Below are positions 31,987 to 40,007 of a stretch of 64,000 bases of DNA, piece after piece; positions within the stretch are counted from its first letter, which is position 1; each line of letters opens with the position of its first letter. Source of the DNA: Parachlamydiales bacterium (GTDB lineage Bacteria; Chlamydiota; Chlamydiia; Chlamydiales; SM23-39); the NCBI GenBank assembly GCA_050302075.1, contig JBNLAH010000003.1, forward strand, positions 1 through 64,000, read 5' to 3'. The notes beneath the pieces are model-generated. The model made no database searches. It was not told the DNA's origin and saw only the letters and a program-made list of their open reading frames with translations. The position numbers and the translations under genes are program-made.

Positions 31987-32755
31987 ATTTCTCCTTTAGA
32001 TAATTTAGTGCATTCTTAAAAATTATTAGCCCTGGGCCATTAGCTGGAACTGGAACATTTTTTCGAATGCAATCTTCTTTTATTTCAGTCCAGTTTGGGA
32101 GGTTCTCAAAAAATAAAGCAGCTTCAGGATGTGGCATAAGACCAAAAACTAGACCGCTGTCATCACAAACTCCTGCAATATCAAATAAAGAACCATTTGG
32201 ATTTTCCTCGCTGTATTTTAAGGCTATCTTTTGATTTGCAAACATAGCTTCAATTGTTTTCTCGCTCTTTGCAAAAAAACATCCCTCACCATGTCTAATA
32301 GGAAGATATAGATTGTCTATTCCTTTTAAGAAGATGCATTTGCTGGAGCAAACTTTAAGCTTCACCCATTTGTTAATAAAATAATTTGGGATGTTTGCTT
32401 TTAAGGTTGTGAGACCTTCTGTTGAGAAAAAACCAAGTTGAGATAGCACTTGAAACCCATTACAGATACCTAAAATGCACTTTCCTTCATCAACAAATTC
32501 TAAAAGTTTTTCTTTTAAGGAAGACTTGTACTTTAGCTTATTTGCAAAAGCTTTTCCAGCTCCAAGCTCATCACCAAATGAGAATCCTCCAGGGAAGACA
32601 ATAATATGAAATTCTTTCAAATCAATTTTCTCATCTATCAGTTCATTTAAATGAGCATACTTATAATCGACGTCTAGCAAGTTAAATGCATATGCAGTTT
32701 CTCTTTCGCAGTTAATGCCAAATCCAAAAATAATCAACGCTTTAATCGATGTCAT
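31937..32755 (-). CDS. purQ: FGAM synthase glutaminase subunit
   Basis: GINCERE, PGGFSFGD, GICNGFQ, GLMPHPE. Confidence 0.95.
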   Translation of the reverse strand: MTSIKALIIFGFGINCERETAYAFNLLDVDYKYAHLNELIDEKIDLKEFHIIVFPGGFSFGDELGAGKAFANKLKYKSSLKEKLLEFVDEGKCILGICNGFQVLSQLGFFSTEGLTTLKANIPNYFINKWVKLKVCSSKCIFLKGIDNLYLPIRHGEGCFFAKSEKTIEAMFANQKIALKYSEENPNGSLFDIAGVCDDSGLVFGLMPHPEAALFFENLPNWTEIKEDCIRKNVPVPANGPGLIIFKNALNYLKEKFDGRPPNLQHFDKCYR

Positions 32756-35636
32756 TTAAAGTACCCTGCCACACTGATTTTAGTTTCTCTGTATCTTCTT
32801 GAATTATTTTTTCTCCTTGTTTGTCTTTGATGATAAATGTTCTATCTAAAGTAACCTTCCCAACCTTAAATATAGGCTGTTGTTGCATGACCTTTTCAAA
32901 AAGTTCTATATTCTCCTGACTTATGCTAAGCACAAATCTAGAACTCGATTCAGAAAATAAAAGTTCAAGTTCATTTAAGCTTGAATGAAAATCATCTAGA
33001 GAAACTTCAACTCCGAATGAGCTTGAAAAACATGCTTCAGCAAGTGCTACTATAAAGCCTCCATCAGAAATATCGTGACAAGATGCGACATAGCCTTTCT
33101 GTATACATTCAGATAGCTTTTTATAATATATTCCAGCAACTCCAGCATCAACACTGGGAACTTTGCCTTGAGTTATCTTATTTGAAGATGCCCACTCGCT
33201 CATCATAAGCTCGTCTTTTGTGCTACCCAAAACGTATACAGCATCATCTACTTTCTTAAACTCCATTGAAATAGCCTTTCTGTAATCAGAAACCTTTCCA
33301 ATAGCTGAAATTAGCAAGGTGTATGGAATTGATATTTTTTTATCTTTAAATTTATAGTCATTTTTCATGCTGTCTTTGCCAGAAATAATTGGTAGTTTAT
33401 ATGAGCTACAGATATCAAAAAGTGCTTGATTTGCTTTGATGAGTGCTCCTAGTTTCCTTTTTCCATCAGGAGTTTTATCAATATCATAAATTGGATCTGG
33501 CCAGCAGAAATTATCTAGTATTGCAATACGCTCAAAATCTGCGCCAACACACAAACAGTTTCTTACTGCTTCATCAACGGCATTTAAAGCCATTTCATAA
33601 GGAAAATCACTAAATTTAGGGCATATCCCATGTGATATTGCAATAGCTGCCTTAGAGCTAGATCTGGTTTCTAACGGCACTAAAACAGCAGCATCCGAGG
33701 GACCTGATAGGTGGGTAAAAGGTTTGATGATAGTCTGGGCCTGCACTTCATGGTCGAATCTTCTAACAATTTTTTCCTTACTACAAACATTTAAAGAAGA
33801 AAGTACTTTTGTTAGTTCTTTCAAATAGTTTATCTCTTTTTTATAGCTAATTGGCTCGACCTTTTGATCCTCCCAAATAGCTTCCAATTCAAGCTTAGGA
33901 TGCCCAAAATGTAGAAATTTAAGATTAAGTAAGGCCACTGTCTTCGCTTCATACAAAACATGAAAATAACCACTGTTTGTAAACTTGCCAACGACAGAAA
34001 TTTCTAGTTCATGAAAGTCTGCAAGCTCTTGAAGACTTTTTAAGTCTTTAGCTGCTACAGCAAGCGTCATCCTTTCTTGTGACTCGCTGATTAAGATTTC
34101 ATAGGCCTTAATGTTTTTTGCCTTCAACTTTGCTTTATCTAAGTGTATTTCACATCCATTAGACAACAAAGCCATCTCACCGATCGAAGATGAAAAGCCT
34201 CCAGCGCCATTATCTGTAATTGCACGGTATAGCCCAAAGTCTCTGGCATTTATAATAAAATCAGATAACTTTTTTTGGGTAAAAGGATCTCCTATTTGAA
34301 CAGCTCCAATTGGGCTTTTCTCATGAAACTCTTCAGATGAAAATGTAGCTCCGTGAATACCATCTTTTCCTGTCCTACCACCTGCTATGATGATTAAATC
34401 ATTAGCCTCAACCATCTTCTTTTCAGTTGGCTGATTATTGATTCTCTTAGGTATGATTCCAATACTCCCACAGTATACAAGCGGCTTTCCTAAGTAATTC
34501 TCATTAAATACAATTGATCCATTAACTGTTGGGATTCCAGATTTATTTCCACCGTGCTCAATTCCCTTTACTACTCCTTCAAATACGCGCTTAGGATGTA
34601 AAATTTTTTCAGGCAAAGGTTTTTGATAATCAGGAGGAGCAAAACAAAAAACATCGGTATTTGCAATAACACGAGCGCCTATCCCTACTCCCAAAATATC
34701 TCTATTAACTCCCAGTATCCCTGTCAGAGCGCCACCATAAGGATCTAATGCCGATGGACTGTTATGAGTTTCCACCTTAAAGGCAACATTATATTTCTCA
34801 TTGAACTCAATAATACCAGCATTGTCGCTAAATACACTTACTAACCAATCAATACTTTTAGAAAGCTGAGTGGTCACGCTTTTAATATATGTTGAAAATA
34901 ACGAATCAATAATCTTGGCTTCACCATTTTCAATAAAAGTTATTGAAGCGTTGAATATCTTATGTTTACAGTGCTCACTCCAGGTCTGGGCGATAGCCTC
35001 CAGTTCAACGTCAGTTGGAAAAGCTTTAAGACCTAGTACCTTGCGCTTTTCTTGAACATCTTCAGATTCATAATATTTTCTGATTGTTTGCATTTCATTT
35101 AAGTTAAGAACTAAATGTCTTTTTGCGCTTAACTCCTCAAGCTCAGCATCGCTTATATCAAGTGAGATATAGTTAAAAATATCTGTATCTTTTTTAGAGA
35201 TCTCAAAAATCTCTATTACTTCATTTGCTATAAATTCCTTAACTATTTTCTCAACTAGTTTGAAACTGAGCTGTCCTTTAATAAGATAAATAGTAGAAGT
35301 GCTTAAAAATTCTTTTTCAGAAAACCTTTCGTTTAGGAAATCTTCAATTGCAATTTTAGCAGTGTTAGCTAAATTGTCATTTACCCCAGGTAGGTATTTT
35401 ACGCTGACTTTCCAGTCATAGTCTTGCTCGTCCAAAGTATTTAAGCTTTCATTGAATTGATCTGACAAGACTTCTTCTTTGATTATTTTTTTTTGCTTTT
35501 CTGTCAGCTCTTTATAGATGTGAAATCCATCAAATATAGAAATATCATGTAAAAGATGAGTACAGTATTTATTAATATTCTTAATAACTACAGATGAATA
35601 AGCCCTATCCTTTGACACGTAAATGTTTTGCATCAA
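32742..35636 (-). CDS. purL: FGAM synthase synthetase subunit with N-terminal PurS-like region
   Basis: QTWSEHCKHK, KVETHNSPS, GRTGKDGIHGAT, SGKDSM. Confidence 0.95.
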   Translation of the reverse strand: MMQNIYVSKDRAYSSVVIKNINKYCTHLLHDISIFDGFHIYKELTEKQKKIIKEEVLSDQFNESLNTLDEQDYDWKVSVKYLPGVNDNLANTAKIAIEDFLNERFSEKEFLSTSTIYLIKGQLSFKLVEKIVKEFIANEVIEIFEISKKDTDIFNYISLDISDAELEELSAKRHLVLNLNEMQTIRKYYESEDVQEKRKVLGLKAFPTDVELEAIAQTWSEHCKHKIFNASITFIENGEAKIIDSLFSTYIKSVTTQLSKSIDWLVSVFSDNAGIIEFNEKYNVAFKVETHNSPSALDPYGGALTGILGVNRDILGVGIGARVIANTDVFCFAPPDYQKPLPEKILHPKRVFEGVVKGIEHGGNKSGIPTVNGSIVFNENYLGKPLVYCGSIGIIPKRINNQPTEKKMVEANDLIIIAGGRTGKDGIHGATFSSEEFHEKSPIGAVQIGDPFTQKKLSDFIINARDFGLYRAITDNGAGGFSSSIGEMALLSNGCEIHLDKAKLKAKNIKAYEILISESQERMTLAVAAKDLKSLQELADFHELEISVVGKFTNSGYFHVLYEAKTVALLNLKFLHFGHPKLELEAIWEDQKVEPISYKKEINYLKELTKVLSSLNVCSKEKIVRRFDHEVQAQTIIKPFTHLSGPSDAAVLVPLETRSSSKAAIAISHGICPKFSDFPYEMALNAVDEAVRNCLCVGADFERIAILDNFCWPDPIYDIDKTPDGKRKLGALIKANQALFDICSSYKLPIISGKDSMKNDYKFKDKKISIPYTLLISAIGKVSDYRKAISMEFKKVDDAVYVLGSTKDELMMSEWASSNKITQGKVPSVDAGVAGIYYKKLSECIQKGYVASCHDISDGGFIVALAEACFSSSFGVEVSLDDFHSSLNELELLFSESSSRFVLSISQENIELFEKVMQQQPIFKVGKVTLDRTFIIKDKQGEKIIQEDTEKLKSVWQGTLNDID

Positions 35637-35641
35637 TATCC

Positions 35642-36586
35642 CTATTTCGAAAAAACATTTCCTATTTTTATGTATTTAAGACAGCTATCAAATTGCATAG
35701 TCTCAAAAACACTTTCCGATACAATAAATGTGTAACCAATACCCATGTTAAATGTCTGATACATCACAGTATCACTAACTCCACCCTTAACTTGGATCCA
35801 CCTAAATATCTTCGGAATGTCCCAGCTATAATTTAGATCTACAAAAAAACCATCTGGCAAGGTTCTTTGAATATTATCAACCAAACCGCCTCCAGTAATA
35901 TGAGCCATTGATTTAACACTGTACTTAGTTAAAGTTCTCTCTACATCGCTTACATAAATTCTAGTAGGATGTAATAGACATTGCCCTAAACTATCACCAC
36001 CTAAAGGCTCATCTAATGACCTTTGGTTGTCGTAAATAATCTTTCTAATTAAAGAAAATCCATTGCTGTGAACTCCATTTGATGTAAGCCCTACAACTAC
36101 ATCTTTACTTTCAATATTTTTCCCATTTATAACTGAATCATTTTGGACAATTCCAACACTAAAACCTGCTAAGTCATACTCTTTTTCCTTATAAAGTCCA
36201 GGCATTTCAGCTGTCTCTCCTCCTAAAAGAGTACACTTTGCCATTTCACACCCTTTTTCAATCCCTTTAAGAACTTCTTTAGCAACATCTATGTCAAGCT
36301 TGCCACAAGCAAAATAATCTAAAAAAAATAAAGGGGTAGCCCCCGTTGTGATAATATCATTGACACACATTGCAACTAGATCAATTCCTACCGTTGAATG
36401 CTCGTTTAACTCAAATGCAAGTTTCAACTTTGTACCAACTCCATCGGTTGCAGCTACCAAAGATTGATTCTTATTAATAGGATATAGGCCAGAAAAGCCT
36501 CCTATATGGGGAAATTTTTTTTGTAAGAAGGAAACAAATTCATTTCCTAAATTAACGTCTACACCCGCCTCTTTATATGATGGCAT
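35642..36586 (-). CDS. purM: AIR synthetase
   Basis: YKEAGVD, TDGVGTK, GGETAEMPG, HITGGG. Confidence 0.97.
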   Translation of the reverse strand: MPSYKEAGVDVNLGNEFVSFLQKKFPHIGGFSGLYPINKNQSLVAATDGVGTKLKLAFELNEHSTVGIDLVAMCVNDIITTGATPLFFLDYFACGKLDIDVAKEVLKGIEKGCEMAKCTLLGGETAEMPGLYKEKEYDLAGFSVGIVQNDSVINGKNIESKDVVVGLTSNGVHSNGFSLIRKIIYDNQRSLDEPLGGDSLGQCLLHPTRIYVSDVERTLTKYSVKSMAHITGGGLVDNIQRTLPDGFFVDLNYSWDIPKIFRWIQVKGGVSDTVMYQTFNMGIGYTFIVSESVFETMQFDSCLKYIKIGNVFSK

Positions 36587-36702
36587 TCATAACCGCTTTA
36601 AATAAAAATAAGCATTTTTAAATTGCAGAAATTTTTACGGCAAGTATTTTTTAAAAAAATAAATTTACAATTTTCAGGAAAAGGCTTTAATAAAGATTTA
36701 TG

Positions 36703-36731
36703 AAAAAGAGCGCAGTAAAACCTGCGCTCTT
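36703..36731 (-). terminator. Intrinsic terminator downstream of the Cys-rich lipoprotein gene
   Basis: Perfect 10-bp stem AAGAGCGCAG/CTGCGCTCTT with a U tract on the minus strand. Confidence 0.8.
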
Positions 36732-36742
36732 AATTAAAAGAA

Positions 36743-37297
36743 TTATTTTTCGTTAAATCTTCTTGGATCTCGACGGTTTTGTTCACTTAACTCTGTATCT
36801 CTTCCAAAAAGTTCGTTTCTAGTATACTGTCTGCCGTTTGGTCCACAAGAACTGCAACAGCTATCACATGGATCGCAGCAATCAGGTTCACAGCAATCTC
36901 CACAACCGCAATCTCCACAACCGCAATCCCCACAGCCGCAATCATCACATCCACAATCATCACATGGGTCACAGCAGTCAGTACATTCTTTTTTCTTTGG
37001 CTGCATTGGAGCATAGATTCCTGTTGGCTGATTTGTCTCCTCACACCTTGGGTTGCACCATTCACAGTCAGATTTTGGGCAACAGTCTTTTGGGCAACAT
37101 TCGTCATCATTGTACCTTTTTCTCATAGGCATCTTAGTATCACTATCTTTCATCATTGGCTGAGACTCTCTCATTTGAGATCCTCTCATTGATTGTCTTT
37201 GACTGCTTTTGCCATCTTTGGTTGGCTGGCATGCCATAGTTAAAAAGCTCATCGCAAAAACTGCGCAGAAGAGCTTTATAAATAACTTTTTCTTCAT
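36743..37297 (-). CDS. Cys-rich lipoprotein (OmcA-like envelope protein)
   Basis: Signal peptide ending LTMA-C; about 29 Cys; CGCGD repeats; GAGGAG RBS; own terminator. Confidence 0.75.
   Translation of the reverse strand: MKKKLFIKLFCAVFAMSFLTMACQPTKDGKSSQRQSMRGSQMRESQPMMKDSDTKMPMRKRYNDDECCPKDCCPKSDCEWCNPRCEETNQPTGIYAPMQPKKKECTDCCDPCDDCGCDDCGCGDCGCGDCGCGDCCEPDCCDPCDSCCSSCGPNGRQYTRNELFGRDTELSEQNRRDPRRFNEK
36893..36967. repeat. Five imperfect tandem 15-bp repeats encoding (D/G)DCGC
   Basis: gcaatctccacaacc x2, gcaatccccacagcc, gcaatcatcacatcc, acaatcatcacatgg. Confidence 0.9.
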
Positions 37298-37468
37298 GAT
37301 TTCTCCTCGTTAGTAAAAACTTTCATTTATCACTTATTTTTGCAAATTATCTCTAAAATATTTTTTTGTCTAGTAGGTTATATAAAAAAATTTAAAACTA
37401 TTCCTCGTTGAGAACTTATTTTAAAAATGTTACTATTTGTGGAATTAATAATTATTAAACGGTTAATT

Positions 37469-38314
37469 ATGATAAATAAATTGTTTAAATCTTTGATTTT
37501 AATTTTATTAACGCTAGCTCCTTTATTATCAATCTCAAGTAAAGAAGCCGACAAAAAGTACTCAAATACAGCACTTTTTACTACAGAAAAAAGCTTTTCA
37601 AACTTCGGGTATTGGGAACATATAGATCTTACTAAGCTTAAAGCATCTGATAGAATTGAGAGTCAAAAAAATTTATACCGTTATGCTCTAGACCACCTAG
37701 AATTATATGATGACGACAAAGTTTTAGAGGTAGGCTCTGGCAGAGGACAAGCAGCTCAAATAATTCATGATGAATATACAGCTGACAAATATGTTGGCCT
37801 AGACGCCTCTAAAAATAATACAGAAGCTGCAAAAAAACTAAATAGCCAACTACTGGAAAGCGAAAAGACTTACAAATATATAGTAGGAAAGGCTGAGAAT
37901 TTACCCTTTGATAACACCTCATTCTCTAGAATACTCTCAGTTGAGGCTCCTAAAAATTTTTACCCTTTTGAGAGATTTATAAATGAGTCTGAAAGAGTTT
38001 TAAGACAAAATGGTAAAATCGTAATCGCATCAATCTTTGCTCAAAATGGTGATAGTATTAACTCGTTAAAGGATCTTAAGAGTTCCATTACTTCAATAGA
38101 TAAAGCTCATAAAGCTTTAAAAGCAAAAGGATTTGTAGATATCCACATTGAACCAATTGGTCAGTATGTATTTGATGGATTTGATAAATGGTCTAAAAGT
38201 TCTAATGAATATAAAAATCACCCTATGCAAATCTGGAAAAAAGCATATGATGAAGGATTGATCAATTACTATGTTATTTCAGCATACAAGCCAGTCGAGC
38301 TGATTCGAATGTAA
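37469..38314 (+). CDS. Class I SAM-dependent methyltransferase with N-terminal signal-like segment
   Basis: NFGYW, VLEVGSGRG, AENLPF..SF, RVLRQNG. Confidence 0.85.
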   Translation: MINKLFKSLILILLTLAPLLSISSKEADKKYSNTALFTTEKSFSNFGYWEHIDLTKLKASDRIESQKNLYRYALDHLELYDDDKVLEVGSGRGQAAQIIHDEYTADKYVGLDASKNNTEAAKKLNSQLLESEKTYKYIVGKAENLPFDNTSFSRILSVEAPKNFYPFERFINESERVLRQNGKIVIASIFAQNGDSINSLKDLKSSITSIDKAHKALKAKGFVDIHIEPIGQYVFDGFDKWSKSSNEYKNHPMQIWKKAYDEGLINYYVISAYKPVELIRM

Positions 38315-38372
38315 CTGCTTTTTAAGCTATCTTTCAGCTATTATAGTTGAATACCAGATCAAACAAAAATAT

Positions 38373-39698
38373 ATGAAAGCAAGTGCAATACTATTAATGG
38401 CTGGAAGCGGTAGTAGATTTAAGAAATCTTATCCCAAGCAATTTTATAAACTGCTTGGTACTCCAGTCTACATCCATACTTTAAAACAATTCATAAAATC
38501 AGCCATTTTTCAAGAAATTATTCTATGCTGTCATTCTGATTACATTGATGAAGTAAAAAAAGAAACAGAGCAATATCAAAATGTAAAAGTAGTATCTGGA
38601 GGGAAAACTAGACAGCAGTCGAGTTTTAATGCAATAAATGCCTGCAGTGATGACTGTGAAATAGTCTTAATACACGATGCAGTAAGACCATTTGTTAGCA
38701 CAAAAATAATAAGAGATAACCTTACCCTAGCACAAAAATACAAAGCTGTTAACACCTGCATTGAAAGTACTGATACTTTAGTAAAAACCAGTGATAAAAT
38801 AAAAATTGATAGCTTCCCTGACCGTAAGAGCCTTATGCGAGGACAAACCCCACAAACGTTCGAATATTCTTTAATAAAAAAGGCTCACTTAAATGCAATT
38901 AAAAAGAACATAACAAATGCAACTGATGATTGTCAGTTAGTCTTTATGCTCCCTCACCCTGTTTACATCTGTAAAGGTGAAGAGAAAAATATAAAAATCA
39001 CAACCCCTTTTGATATTAATATCGCAAAACAGATCCTTCAAGAAGCAGAAATATCTTTAGAGCCTTCAGATAAATCATTTGAAGGAAAAAAATATATCTT
39101 GATTGGGGCTAGTGGAGGTATTGGGAAACACATACATAATCTTATTGAACAAAACGAAGGGTTTGTTATTCCTGTATCTTTAAAGAACTCAAAATACAAG
39201 ATGGATCTAACAAAGAAAGAAAGCATTAAAAGTGTTTTAGAAATGATCCATAGCAAATACGGCCCTGTAGATGGGTTAATTAACTCTGCAGGTCTTTTAC
39301 ATAAGTCGCCGCTTTCTGTTTTAACAGATTCAGAAATTGACAATCTAATTAATATTAACCTTACAGGTGTCATATATTGTTGTAAGTTTACAAAAATAAA
39401 GCGACATGGACACATCATTAACGTTTCATCTTCTTCTTACGTAAAAGGAAGAAAGAATCATAGCATTTATTCAAGCTCAAAAGCTGCACTAGTTAATTTC
39501 ACTCAAGCATTAGCGGAAGAAAGAGAAGATTTATATATCAATTCTGTAGTTCCCCAAAGAACCAATACCAATATGAGAAGATCCCATTTCTATGATGAAG
39601 ATCCTAATGAACTATTATCGCCTGATACCGTAGCTTTGGAAATTATCAATATATTAAAAAATGAACAAAGCGCAAAAGTATTCGAGCTATTCATATAA
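38373..39698 (+). CDS. Bifunctional cytidylyltransferase (IspD/TarI) / SDR reductase, Bcs1-like
   Basis: N-terminal AGSGSRF..PKQF, GGKTRQQS, HDAVRP, QTPQ, TDD, KITT; C-terminal GASGGIG, YSSSK. Confidence 0.88.
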   Translation: MKASAILLMAGSGSRFKKSYPKQFYKLLGTPVYIHTLKQFIKSAIFQEIILCCHSDYIDEVKKETEQYQNVKVVSGGKTRQQSSFNAINACSDDCEIVLIHDAVRPFVSTKIIRDNLTLAQKYKAVNTCIESTDTLVKTSDKIKIDSFPDRKSLMRGQTPQTFEYSLIKKAHLNAIKKNITNATDDCQLVFMLPHPVYICKGEEKNIKITTPFDINIAKQILQEAEISLEPSDKSFEGKKYILIGASGGIGKHIHNLIEQNEGFVIPVSLKNSKYKMDLTKKESIKSVLEMIHSKYGPVDGLINSAGLLHKSPLSVLTDSEIDNLININLTGVIYCCKFTKIKRHGHIINVSSSSYVKGRKNHSIYSSSKAALVNFTQALAEEREDLYINSVVPQRTNTNMRRSHFYDEDPNELLSPDTVALEIINILKNEQSAKVFELFI

Positions 39699-39728
39699 TT
39701 TTTTGAAACTTCACCTTCTGCTATTTTT

Positions 39729-39974
39729 TTAATGTGCCATAGATTTTCTTTGGGTAATCCTAACGAAATAAGCCTTTTCGATTTTTTCCAAATCTAATTG
39801 ACATAACTCATCTAAACTAAAGTGTGCCATCTCAGCTTCTCTCAAGATTTCCCTTTCTTTTAAGCCTTGATCATTCTTGGCGTGTATATAAGTTTCTATA
39901 CGAGAATTGTCTATATATAGATCAACAAGTGTTATTATGCTTTTTTTTTTAACTCTTCTGAAATTATTAAATTG
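39729..39974 (-). pseudogene. Detached C-terminal remnant of the 40008..42173 gene
   Basis: 81-codon open stretch in the same frame beyond four stops, similar to aa ~360-420 of the upstream protein. Confidence 0.5.
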
Positions 39975-40007
39975 CTACTTGAGATTTCAGCTAACAATTT
40001 ATTGATA

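Noticed and set aside
36893..36967. Short repeats as a possible CRISPR array
   Set aside because: Contiguous in-frame coding repeats with no spacers and no cas genes.
36787..37128. Alternative-frame ORFs (Val/Ile/Ala-rich and His/Asn-rich) over the Cys-rich gene
   Set aside because: By-products of the 15-bp repeat; only the Cys frame has an RBS, signal peptide and terminator.
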